Assembly: GCA_959600635.1 (NCBI GenBank)
Contig: CAUGMN010000005.1
Span: 1 to 59,301, forward strand
DNA: 59,301 nt
Direction of reading: 5' to 3'
Source of the DNA: an uncultured Eubacteriales bacterium
GTDB taxonomy: Bacteria; Bacillota; Clostridia; Oscillospirales; QAMX01
Part shown: in pieces, positions 48,819 through 57,600 of the stretch
Numbering within the stretch: the stretch's first letter is position 1
How the letters are laid out: the number at the start of each line of letters is the position of its first letter
Made by a program: the position numbers and the translations under genes
Notes under the pieces: generated by a model
The model's database searches: none
Told to the model about the DNA's origin: nothing
What the model saw: only the letters and a program-made list of their open reading frames with translations

Positions 48819-49648
48819 GACTTTGAATCGAGTTTTTCCAGAGAAAAAACGTTGAAATCCAGCCCTTTTTCTGCGGCATACGCGACAAAAGCCTCGTAGC
48901 TGCCGCTGATTTCGTATTCCGCTGAATCAAGCGGCACAACGGTTTCCAGACCGACCTCCGGAAGCAGCGATTGGCAGATCAGTCGGTAGTCGTCAAAGCT
49001 GACGACGGCGGTTTTGGCATCCGCAGCCTCCCAGCCGAAGTCGAGCACGCCGGCAGCCGTGATGCGTTCGCTGTACGGAAAGTCCTCCTCCAAGCTCGTT
49101 TCACCGAGGGCGTTCACGGACAGCCACATCGTCCCGATGGTTCCAAGCGGGACGCAGTCAATGTAGCGGTGCGCGGAGCCGCTGATCAGCGCGCCGCCTT
49201 TTTTCCACTCATCCTCGGCGATACCTGCCGCCTCCGTCAGAGCGGGCGACAGCCACGCGTACGGCCGGCGGGCCGTCAGCTCGCGGCCGTTGGAGAGACG
49301 CCACTGGATATCGCCGCTATAACCGTAAGGGAGGCCGAACACCGGCTCCTGTTCGTAAAGGAACGCGTCGTCGCTGTATGCGACGAGGCGGTAGCCGGTG
49401 GCGGGATCCCCCTCGCGGATCACCTCAGCGCTGAACAGATTCATGCTGCCGGTCATGCGAAAGGCGGTGACGGCCGGATAATCGGCCAGGAGTTGCGCCG
49501 TATATTCGTCGAGAATTTTGGGCGAATCGTGCGTACGCTGCGTGAGGCGAATCGTACAGACGGTTTCCCCTGAGCCGCCTGCACAGGCGGCGAGCGGCAC
49601 AAGCATGAGCAGCAGCGCCGCGAGCCGGAAAAAACGTTTGACGTTCAT
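48815..49648 (-). CDS. lipoprotein of unknown function, encoded inside the ABC operon
   Basis: GGAGG RBS. MNVKRFFRLAALLLMLVPLAAC carries a lipobox. The start overlaps the upstream stop (ATGA). Confidence 0.65.
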   Translation of the reverse strand: MNVKRFFRLAALLLMLVPLAACAGGSGETVCTIRLTQRTHDSPKILDEYTAQLLADYPAVTAFRMTGSMNLFSAEVIREGDPATGYRLVAYSDDAFLYEQEPVFGLPYGYSGDIQWRLSNGRELTARRPYAWLSPALTEAAGIAEDEWKKGGALISGSAHRYIDCVPLGTIGTMWLSVNALGETSLEEDFPYSERITAAGVLDFGWEAADAKTAVVSFDDYRLICQSLLPEVGLETVVPLDSAEYEISGSYEAFVAYAAEKGLDFNVFSLEKLDSKS

Positions 49649-51096
49649 ACGCCGTCCTCCCCTCCGCTCAGTATTTCCATCGGCTCCGTGCGCATGATGC
49701 GCGTCCAGCACAGCAGCAGCGCGACGCCGGTTACGGCGAGGCCGCCGCCGAGAACGCAGAGTAAAATCGCGGAGTCGCCGCCGCCGTTCAGGTGGATTTC
49801 GATGGCGGCGCTGTCCGCTGCGTCCTGTTCGCCAAGCAGGGTGAACGCCTGCTGTCCGGCCTCCGGTTCCGTTTCGGCCGCGACGCTGCGGTTCAGATAG
49901 GACACAAAGCCTCTGCCGCCGGCCGAACCGATCAAAAAGCCGACGACGAGCGCGCAGAGGACGATCACACCCAGCTCCGCGGCCAGAGCGGCGAGCACCT
50001 TGGCCGGACGGCTGCCGAGCGCGCGGAGAATCCCGATTTCTTTGGCGCGGTTGGCCGTAAAATTGACGATCAGCAGGAAAAAGATCAGCAGACCGGCGGT
50101 CAGGATCACGGCGGTAAAGACTGCGGTGACGGTCGTCAGATCGTCGAGCCGCGCTGTCAGCTGTTTATACACCTTGTCGTTGGCGGTAAGCTTGAATTTG
50201 CCGAGATCAAAACCGCTGTCTGCCGTCTCCTGAATAAAAGCCGCGGCCGTGTCGCCGCGGTAGAGCAGCAAATCGGCGCGCTCGAAGGTGAAATTGTCGT
50301 CGTAATGCTCGTAGCGGATCGGATAGTTGGCGTCGCTTGTACCCGAACGGTCTGCGATCTGCGGGAACAGGTACCACATGTTGGCGTCGAGAGAGGTGAA
50401 GGCAAGCCGCGCCTCCTCCCCGTCGCTGTCATAGAGACCGCAGACGGTCATGGAGCAGAAATAGTTTTCGCGGTGCAGCGTAACGGTGTCGCCGACGGAG
50501 AGCCCATGCGCTCCGGCGTAGGCTGACGGAATCAGAATGTCGTCGGCGTATCCCGTTTCCGGCGTTGCGCGGCGCGGAAAGCGGCCCGCGCTGAGCCGGA
50601 AGGTCGCGTCGGCAAAGGCGTCGTAAAGCGGCACCGAGGAAGAGGCGATGACAGTGAGCGGCGCGCCTAACAAATTTGGCGAGAGAATTTCCGGCGCCTG
50701 CGAGGCGCCGGCCTGTTCGTAAAGCGCCGCAACGTCCGCCTGCGCGTCTACCACGCCGCCAATTTCAGCGCCGTACAGCGCGGGAATGTGGACGCCGCAG
50801 TCCTTGACATAGGGGGAACGCAGCAGCGTCTGTACGTCGGCAATGGTCACGTTGGGGTTGGCCTCCTGCATTGCCCCGCCTTCTTCGTTTGTCTTGGCCT
50901 CGGCGGCGCGCGGCTGAACCGTTACCGTGACCGGCGTTTTCAGCCGGATCCGCTCGGCCTCCGAGGCTGTGGAACGGGCGGAGATCAAGCCGACGACCGC
51001 AGCCGCAGAGAGCAGAAAAAGCACGGCGAACAGCGCCAACGAGCGGAATTTCATGCGCCAGAGGTTTCGCAGGGCGTATTTCAGCAGCGCTTTCAT
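49645..51096 (-). CDS. FtsX/MacB-type ABC permease with large extracytoplasmic domain (permease 2)
   Basis: TM1, then a ~270 aa loop, then three C-terminal TMs carrying RAKEIGILRALGSRP (FtsX domain). ATGA overlap with the upstream gene. Confidence 0.8.
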   Translation of the reverse strand: MKALLKYALRNLWRMKFRSLALFAVLFLLSAAAVVGLISARSTASEAERIRLKTPVTVTVQPRAAEAKTNEEGGAMQEANPNVTIADVQTLLRSPYVKDCGVHIPALYGAEIGGVVDAQADVAALYEQAGASQAPEILSPNLLGAPLTVIASSSVPLYDAFADATFRLSAGRFPRRATPETGYADDILIPSAYAGAHGLSVGDTVTLHRENYFCSMTVCGLYDSDGEEARLAFTSLDANMWYLFPQIADRSGTSDANYPIRYEHYDDNFTFERADLLLYRGDTAAAFIQETADSGFDLGKFKLTANDKVYKQLTARLDDLTTVTAVFTAVILTAGLLIFFLLIVNFTANRAKEIGILRALGSRPAKVLAALAAELGVIVLCALVVGFLIGSAGGRGFVSYLNRSVAAETEPEAGQQAFTLLGEQDAADSAAIEIHLNGGGDSAILLCVLGGGLAVTGVALLLCWTRIMRTEPMEILSGGEDGV

Positions 51097-52505
51097 TTTT
51101 TACCGGCTCCTTTCAACAGCGTCATCGCGTCCAGATGCGCCGTCTGCGCCGCGGCGGCGAGACTGCCGCAGCAGACCGCGGCGAACAGCAGCGCCGCCGT
51201 TTTCAGAACAGAGGCGCGCGACAGCAGCTCCATACCGCTTCGCCTTGCCGCCGCGACGACGGGCATCGCGCCGGTCAGAACGGTGGAATCGGCGGTGTTT
51301 TCGATCTGCGCCGCCATTCGGCTCTCCATAAGCCATGTTTGCACGCCGCCGCCGAAGAGCTGCGCCGCGCCGGCCGCAAGCGCGAGCGCGGCCAGAAGCG
51401 CGACGAGAGCGATCAGCAGGTTTTCTACAAAAAACTGTGCGGAAATCCGGTTGTTTTTCAGGCCGAGCGCGCAGAGAATCCCCGTCTCGCTCATGCGTTC
51501 CCGGCGGTTCTGCCAGCAGAGAATCAGCGTCAGGCAGAACAGGACGACAGTGAGCGCGGCGACGGTCATGTAGGTGAAGGAAGCGATCCGCGACACGGCG
51601 ATCGCCTGGGAATCCGGCGTGACCTTGGTCAGCGACGTGTCGGCGAGAAAAAAGTCTTCCAGCCGTGCCGCCAGATTGTCCGCGGCCGCGTCGCTTGTCA
51701 GCCGCAGGTGCAGCGTTGTGACCGGCAGGGAGAGGCGCAGCTGCGGCTGGTCTTCGTTCATGAGGCGGAAGAATTCCGCCGCAGTCTGTACGGGCAGATA
51801 AATGACGTTCTGCGGGACGGAATAGTCCCAGACAGCGCTTTTGTTTTCGATCTGAGAGCGGAACAGGCCGACGACGGTGAGATTCAGCATCGGCCTTGTC
51901 TCCATGTCGCTTTCCTGCTGGTCATACGGGATGCGGATGCCGACGATATCGCCGAGAGCGATGTGGTTGGCCTCGGCGACCTCGTCGGACAAAAGCGCGG
52001 TATAAGCGCGCGTGCCGTTGTCTTCGGCGGTCAGCTCGCGCCCCTCGGTGACGACGTAGGCGCCGGAGAAAAAGTCTTCGTCGGTTTCACAGGCGTCGAT
52101 ACCGATCATTCGGAACGGCGCGGCGTTGTAGTAGCCGTCAATCTCGGCGAACAGGATTTTTTTCTCGCCGCTCGTCCGCTTGACGCCGGTGAGCAGCGCG
52201 CCGTTGCGGTAAATATAAGCGGGATGCTCGGCGCGCGTCAGCGTGTCGCTGACGACGCCGAAGCCTTCGTCAAGCCGCAGGGCGATTTCACCCGGTATGG
52301 CGCCGCCGCCTTTGAGCGCACAGGCGTAGGTACCCTCCAACGGCCCCATGGCCGCTGAGATCAACCGGCCGCAGCATTCCGAGACGATAAAGGCAATCGT
52401 CAGCAGGCATGCGGACGCCGCGAGCACGAGAAACAGCCGCAGGCTGCGCCGGCGCAGCCGGACCACATTTTTTGCCGCGTGGGAAACGACGGAATAGCCC
52501 TTCAA
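51093..52505 (-). CDS. FtsX/MacB-type ABC permease with large extracytoplasmic domain (permease 1)
   Basis: TTG start 7 nt after AGGAGG, overlapping the upstream stop (TTGA). C-terminal RMSETGILCALGLK FtsX motif. Divergent from permease 2. Confidence 0.8.
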   Translation of the reverse strand: MKGYSVVSHAAKNVVRLRRRSLRLFLVLAASACLLTIAFIVSECCGRLISAAMGPLEGTYACALKGGGAIPGEIALRLDEGFGVVSDTLTRAEHPAYIYRNGALLTGVKRTSGEKKILFAEIDGYYNAAPFRMIGIDACETDEDFFSGAYVVTEGRELTAEDNGTRAYTALLSDEVAEANHIALGDIVGIRIPYDQQESDMETRPMLNLTVVGLFRSQIENKSAVWDYSVPQNVIYLPVQTAAEFFRLMNEDQPQLRLSLPVTTLHLRLTSDAAADNLAARLEDFFLADTSLTKVTPDSQAIAVSRIASFTYMTVAALTVVLFCLTLILCWQNRRERMSETGILCALGLKNNRISAQFFVENLLIALVALLAALALAAGAAQLFGGGVQTWLMESRMAAQIENTADSTVLTGAMPVVAAARRSGMELLSRASVLKTAALLFAAVCCGSLAAAAQTAHLDAMTLLKGAGKK

Positions 52506-53023
52506 TTCGTTTCCTCCTCTCCGATATGGGCGAGATAGCGTTGGCCGCACTGCTCCATACAGTCGGGGTCCATACAGTCGTATTGGTTATGCATACAGCG
52601 GATCAGCATGGAATGATAGCGCTGATTGCAAACCGCACAAAAACGGCTGGCGGGATGGTAATAGCCGTATATTTGGTTTCTCGAAGGCTCTATGAAGTAG
52701 CTGCCGAACGAGTGCTTTTCGATGACCGGTCCCTGGTCGCACTGGGCATTGGAACAGAGTTTCAGATGATACTCGTCCTTAGAATAGATCGGCGACTTCC
52801 ACGCTGCGGCCGGATAGACCATGTAGTACGAATGCTCGCACTGGTCAGCCTGATTGCGGAAAGCGCCCGGCGGCGTCAGAAACACGCCTTCAACCTCGAA
52901 AATGTCGTCGCTTTCTTCCGCTTTTGCCCATGGGCGGAAGCAGACGAGCGCTGCTGCGGCGAGCAGCAGCACAACCACAAGCAGATACGGCAGAATTCTT
53001 TTTTTCCTCTCTGCATTGCGCAT
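52502..53023 (-). CDS. membrane-anchored Cys/His-rich protein, unknown function
   Basis: AGGAGG RBS. N-terminal TM (ILPYLLVVVLLLAAAALVCF). The predicted ectodomain has 9 Cys (CSNAQC, CAVC, CMHNQYDCMDPDCMEQC) and 7 His. Confidence 0.6.
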   Translation of the reverse strand: MRNAERKKRILPYLLVVVLLLAAAALVCFRPWAKAEESDDIFEVEGVFLTPPGAFRNQADQCEHSYYMVYPAAAWKSPIYSKDEYHLKLCSNAQCDQGPVIEKHSFGSYFIEPSRNQIYGYYHPASRFCAVCNQRYHSMLIRCMHNQYDCMDPDCMEQCGQRYLAHIGEEETN

Positions 53024-53130
53024 GAACGCGCCTCCTTTCTAATGCCGGACCAAAAGCGCTTGGCTGAGAACCGCGGCTGTCCCGCATGGCTCCGGCCGAA
53101 GGGCATTGTCGCAGCCGTGTCGGCCGGCTT

Positions 53131-55137
53131 TTATTTTGTCACAAGCGGATGGTCAAACTCCGGGAGCAGGGTGTTGCCGTCGAGGTCGAGGCTTGTGAGG
53201 TTCGGGCAGCGGCGCAAAAGCTCCGCCTCGACCGCGCCGAGCGTCAGCCCGCAGTATTCCAGCGAGAGCGCGGTGAGTTGATCACGGCCTATATCGCTCC
53301 ACGCTTTGAGAAAATCAAGGCTCTTGACGCCGCACTGGTTTGCGGTCAGCTCGCCGATACCGTTGACGAGGGATATCGTTTCCTCGCAAATTTCCGTATG
53401 GCTGATATCAAGCGAACGGAAACGAAAAGAGTCCGCATTTTTCCCGACGCCAAGGCCCTCGATAGCCGTAAGGCGAGTGCTGGAAAGATCCAGGTAGATA
53501 TCAGAGCCTTGATTCGCCATCTCATGAAGCTTGTCGACGGATAAGGCAAACCTCGTCATCGGGTTGCCGGAAAGGTCGAGTGAGGCAAACCTTGCGCCGG
53601 CGAACGGTTCGCCGTCCTCGATCAGATTATCGGCAAGGGCGAGAGTGTGAACGGCGAGATCTTTCAGCGGCGAAACGTCCGCGATTTGATTGCCGGACAG
53701 ATCCAGAGACCGGCAAAGGCAGGTTTGGATGACAGGGAGCTCGGAAATGCGGTTGTATGGGAGATACAGCCCTTCCATCAGTATATTTTTCAGCAGCGGT
53801 TCGGCGCCGTCAAGCGAGGCGACGTCGTTGGAGCTGATGAGTAGCTGAGTTAAACTGTCAAACCAGAGAAAATCGTGGAGATTGTTGATTGGCTCCTGTG
53901 CAGAAAAGTTGGATCTGCGGGGAATCGACATAGCTGCATTCAGATGAATTTGGTCGCACTCGATTAAAATCGTGGCAATGCCGGTCAGGTCGGCCTTGGT
54001 CAGGCTGCCCTCCGGTTTGCCGATGTGAGTACGGACAGCTTTTTCAAGCCGCTCGCTTTTGAAAGCGACGGGCGTGTCAAGAAGCGGCGAGTTGTCGCGG
54101 ACAGGGACGTCGACGGAGCCGGAGAAGCCGTACTTGTTGGTGATTGTAACAGTGAGCCGGCCGAGAAAGGCGGCGGGAATGAAGATTTCTTCGCCGTCGG
54201 CGAGCGGAGTCGTGGAAACACCGCGCTCAGAGGTGGATATAACGGCGGTAGAGAACAGGCCGAGGCCGCCCAATGTAAAGCTGCGAAGACCGTACTCCTC
54301 GTAAACGGTTTCTGTGAGCGTCGGAGCGGAGACGAAATGGAGAGCCGCCAGCTCTTCCTCTGTGAGGAAGCGGTTGATATAGCCTTCATTTTTGACGCCG
54401 TCGCTCAGATTCTGAATCCGCGGCGTCAGCAGCTTAATTTTATAGGCTTCAATCATCAGCGGGACAATGCTTTCGTTGAGCGCATATTCGTTTCCGTCCC
54501 GGCGCAGCGGTATCATAAGCCATTCATCGCCGCCGAGGTATTCATAGCCCATGACATCAAAATATTTGCTGCTACTCCACGCGTTTAAAATGCGGATGAG
54601 GCGTGAAAAAACGAATTCGTCGGAGAGGTCGGGAGAAACGGGGGCAGGATCAGGCTGCTCGGGGCGGCGGAGCTTTTCGGCTTCGGCGGCGAGCGCCTCA
54701 TAATCCGCCGCGGCCTCGGGGCGACGCTTCGCGCATTCGCGGGCGTAAACGATGATCTGCGGCATATACCATAGCTGCTGCTCATACGCCTCGGCGGGAT
54801 CAAGAAAAAAAGCGGTGCCTACCGGGGGCTTTTCTTCGGAACTGTAAATTCGATCATTCAGCAAGGTCCAATCCAGTTCGACCGCCGGCGCGCCCTCGCT
54901 GGGATTATACGGGTCGGCCGGCTCGACCGGATCGGTAGCGGGCGGATCGGTCTGTACGGTGACATATCCGGTATTGACGGTCGTTGTTTGGGGAGGGTCA
55001 CCGCTTGACCCCTGTGCAACGGTTGTGTCGTCAGTGGTTTGAGCCGGGGCGTTTGTATCGCAGGCGGCCAAAACAGAGAGCAGGGCGGCGAGGCAGAGCA
55101 ACCCGCAGAGCAGACGGATCAGACAGCGACGTTTCAT
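53131..55137 (-). CDS. leucine-rich-repeat lipoprotein, paralog A
   Basis: AGGAGGG RBS with lipobox LAAC. About 400 aa N-terminal region of unknown fold, then LRR units (LDLSGNQIADVSPL, LDLSGNPM, LDLDGNTL). Confidence 0.8.
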   Translation of the reverse strand: MKRRCLIRLLCGLLCLAALLSVLAACDTNAPAQTTDDTTVAQGSSGDPPQTTTVNTGYVTVQTDPPATDPVEPADPYNPSEGAPAVELDWTLLNDRIYSSEEKPPVGTAFFLDPAEAYEQQLWYMPQIIVYARECAKRRPEAAADYEALAAEAEKLRRPEQPDPAPVSPDLSDEFVFSRLIRILNAWSSSKYFDVMGYEYLGGDEWLMIPLRRDGNEYALNESIVPLMIEAYKIKLLTPRIQNLSDGVKNEGYINRFLTEEELAALHFVSAPTLTETVYEEYGLRSFTLGGLGLFSTAVISTSERGVSTTPLADGEEIFIPAAFLGRLTVTITNKYGFSGSVDVPVRDNSPLLDTPVAFKSERLEKAVRTHIGKPEGSLTKADLTGIATILIECDQIHLNAAMSIPRRSNFSAQEPINNLHDFLWFDSLTQLLISSNDVASLDGAEPLLKNILMEGLYLPYNRISELPVIQTCLCRSLDLSGNQIADVSPLKDLAVHTLALADNLIEDGEPFAGARFASLDLSGNPMTRFALSVDKLHEMANQGSDIYLDLSSTRLTAIEGLGVGKNADSFRFRSLDISHTEICEETISLVNGIGELTANQCGVKSLDFLKAWSDIGRDQLTALSLEYCGLTLGAVEAELLRRCPNLTSLDLDGNTLLPEFDHPLVTK

Positions 55138-55243
55138 GAAAATTCCCTCCTGTTAGCAGAAACTTTGTGAATAATTAAAAAATACATCCTTGTCTATATA
55201 ATAATGTCGAAAAATATCGGATATACGGTGTGAACTGCGAAAA

Positions 55244-57250
55244 TTATTTTGTCACAAGCGGATGCTCAAACTCCGGGAGCAGGGTGTTTCCGTCGAGGTT
55301 GAGATTTATGAGGTTCGGGCAGCGGCGCAAAAGCTCCGCCTCGACCGCGCCGAGCGTCAGCCCGCAGTTCTGCAAGGAGAGCAAGGTCAGAGCGTCACGC
55401 TCCTGATCGTTCCAGTTTTTCAAAAAGTCAAGGCTGTCAACTGCGCTGCCGTCGGCAAAAATTCGTGAGCAGCCGCCGTAATACGACAGCTCATCCGAGG
55501 TGACACCGGTATAGGAGGCGTTGATCTCGAACAGACACGGCGGATTCGCCCCGTCGGGGTTATCAGGATCAATATAATCCTTTTTCGTCCCATAATCCAA
55601 GGCGGACAGCTTGGTAAAGGAACAATCGATGTAGTTGCCCATTCCTCTTAGACGGAGAGCGGTCAAAGGGTTGCTGGCAACATACAGATCCAAAACGAAG
55701 CAGCTTCCAAGGTCGATAGAGACGAGCTCGTTCTTTGACAGATCGAGTTTATTCAGCTCAATATTGCCGAGGTCGGGAAAGCGGGAAATGCCGTTACCGG
55801 CGAAAGAAAGCTCCGCACACCGAACGCCGTACAGCGGCGACAGATCGGTGATCTGGTTGTAAGAAAAGTCGAGGCACATGCTTCGGCCGAAATTTTTGAT
55901 GACCGGATCAAAGCCGCGGAGAGAAGTCAGGCCCTGCGCCGTCAGCCGTAACTCCGTCAGGTTTTCAAACCAGTAGAAATCGCTCGGGTCGCTGAGCGGG
56001 ACGGCGGCCTGAAAAGAGGTGATACCGCGGTCAACGATGCTTTGTTTGTTGATAACGAGCGTATCCAGATGTGCGTCGATGGAGGTGATTCCGGAGAGGT
56101 CGGCTCTGGTGAGCGCGCCGTCGGGATTCCCGAGATAGGTTCGGACAAACTGTTCCAAACGCGGGTTTTGAAATGTGACGGGCGTATCGAGCAGAGACGG
56201 AGCGGCGGCAACCGCGAGCGAAAACAGCTCGCCTGGTTCTCCGTAAGAATTGATGACCCGGTAGGTGATAAAGCCCTGATAGGCGCAGGGCAACCAGAAG
56301 ACGCCGTCGGAAAGTGTGTTGATAGCATAAAAATCAGATAGATTTTCAATCGGGTTCTCGGTCAGCTTAAATTCCAAGCGCCCGTTCGGCGGCATCGATT
56401 CGAGCAAAAAACGGCGCAGCCCATACGAGTCCGTCGTTTCGATGAGCGTACAGTCGCCGAACTCGCGATAGCCGGCGAGCTCTTCCTCCGTCAGAAAGCG
56501 TTCGAGGTGGCCGGCTTGAAATTGCTTGTAATTGTCATAGGGATACAAAAGACGCAGCGCCTGATAAATGTTGAGAATGACATTCAGCATTCCCTCCGCG
56601 ACGGGAAAATCGCCGCCGCGGCTGCAACTGATCCCGTCAACCAGCTTATAAGGCGAGCCGTTTTCGTCCGTATACTCCTGAACGGTACCGCCGTATGAAA
56701 AAAAGTAGGGCGTTGCATACCATGCGGACAAAACGCTTTTCAGACGCGAGAGCAGCTCGGCGTCGCTGAGATCGGCGGGAACAACGGGCATTGGCTGCGC
56801 AGGGTTGGCGAGGGCGCGGGCGGCGTCAGCGGCGGCGCGCAGAGACTCGGAGGCGTCAGAAAAACGTTCCGCACAGGCGGCGGCATAAGCTGCGAGCTGC
56901 GGCATATACCAGAGCGCATAAGTATATCCCTCGGTATAGAGCTGTTCTGCGTCGCCGTAGATAACGGTATAACCGATTTCGAATTCATCGATCTGATCTT
57001 GAAATTGCTGCATGAGCTCAATCATTGCCGGATCACGTTTGAATTCCGGCGCGCCCTCCGTGGGGTCGAAAACGTCCGGTTCTTCCGGCGGAACCGTCGC
57101 GACGGTGGTTGCGCCCGGCTGATAGCCGGTTGAGACGGCGGAGACGCCGGAACCGCCGTCAGTTGTGGTCAAGGGAGCATTTGTTGTACAGCCGGCAAAC
57201 GCGGCGAAAAGCAAAAAGACGGAAAGAAGAAAACAAATCGTTCGTTTCAT
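55244..57250 (-). CDS. leucine-rich-repeat lipoprotein, paralog B
   Basis: ATG at 57250 lies 6 nt after GGAG. Lipobox FAGC. Same architecture as paralog A. The last ~45 aa are nearly identical to A. Confidence 0.8.
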   Translation of the reverse strand: MKRTICFLLSVFLLFAAFAGCTTNAPLTTTDGGSGVSAVSTGYQPGATTVATVPPEEPDVFDPTEGAPEFKRDPAMIELMQQFQDQIDEFEIGYTVIYGDAEQLYTEGYTYALWYMPQLAAYAAACAERFSDASESLRAAADAARALANPAQPMPVVPADLSDAELLSRLKSVLSAWYATPYFFSYGGTVQEYTDENGSPYKLVDGISCSRGGDFPVAEGMLNVILNIYQALRLLYPYDNYKQFQAGHLERFLTEEELAGYREFGDCTLIETTDSYGLRRFLLESMPPNGRLEFKLTENPIENLSDFYAINTLSDGVFWLPCAYQGFITYRVINSYGEPGELFSLAVAAAPSLLDTPVTFQNPRLEQFVRTYLGNPDGALTRADLSGITSIDAHLDTLVINKQSIVDRGITSFQAAVPLSDPSDFYWFENLTELRLTAQGLTSLRGFDPVIKNFGRSMCLDFSYNQITDLSPLYGVRCAELSFAGNGISRFPDLGNIELNKLDLSKNELVSIDLGSCFVLDLYVASNPLTALRLRGMGNYIDCSFTKLSALDYGTKKDYIDPDNPDGANPPCLFEINASYTGVTSDELSYYGGCSRIFADGSAVDSLDFLKNWNDQERDALTLLSLQNCGLTLGAVEAELLRRCPNLINLNLDGNTLLPEFEHPLVTK

Positions 57251-57317
57251 AACAGACTCCATTGTTTGACGTGACGTGTAAAGGTGTTGAGATGAACTTC
57301 AAGAACGGAAATTTCAT

Positions 57318-57358
57318 CGTTCTCCTGCGCCGCACGCAATGTGCGGCGCAGAAGAACG
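57318..57358. other. 17-bp (one mismatch) hairpin with an upstream competing arm
   Basis: CGTTCTcCTGCGCCGCAC-gcaat-GTGCGGCGCAGaAGAACG. A third AGAACG copy at 57302-57307 could pair alternatively with CGTTCT. It lies 70-110 nt upstream of paralog B. Confidence 0.4.
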
Positions 57359-57600
57359 ATTTAAAAATTCATTTGAAAACAACCATAGGCATCTCATTCC
57401 TTTCTCAGGCGTTTCCTTTGAGGACGGAGCCCGTCTCTAAACAGACGCATGCATACAGGTAAATGAATCCTGAATACAATTATACAATATAAAAACATAA
57501 TAGTAAATATAAAACGAGAAATTATAATAAATTTGTTTAGACAAAAACGAGAATTTGATAAAGACGCGCGGAACAAAAATAACGTTCACCATTTCTTCTG

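Noticed and set aside
52409-53281. 290-aa + strand ORF across the Cys-rich gene and the end of LRR paralog A. Similar + strand ORFs lie at 53086-53544 and 54025-54588.
   Set aside because: They are antisense to genes with RBS, lipoboxes and LRR periodicity. They have no RBS or signatures of their own.
57262-57462. 66-aa + strand ORF upstream of LRR paralog B.
   Set aside because: It has a TTG start without an RBS. It is interrupted by two strong hairpins that are more plausibly RNA or DNA structure than coding sequence.
57394-57576. 60-aa hydrophobic minus-strand ORF in the A+T-rich spacer, considered as a type I toxin-like peptide.
   Set aside because: It has a TTG start and no Shine-Dalgarno sequence. 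Its hydrophobicity is what an A+T-rich frame (Phe/Ile/Leu codons) produces by chance. No antisense RNA signals were identified.
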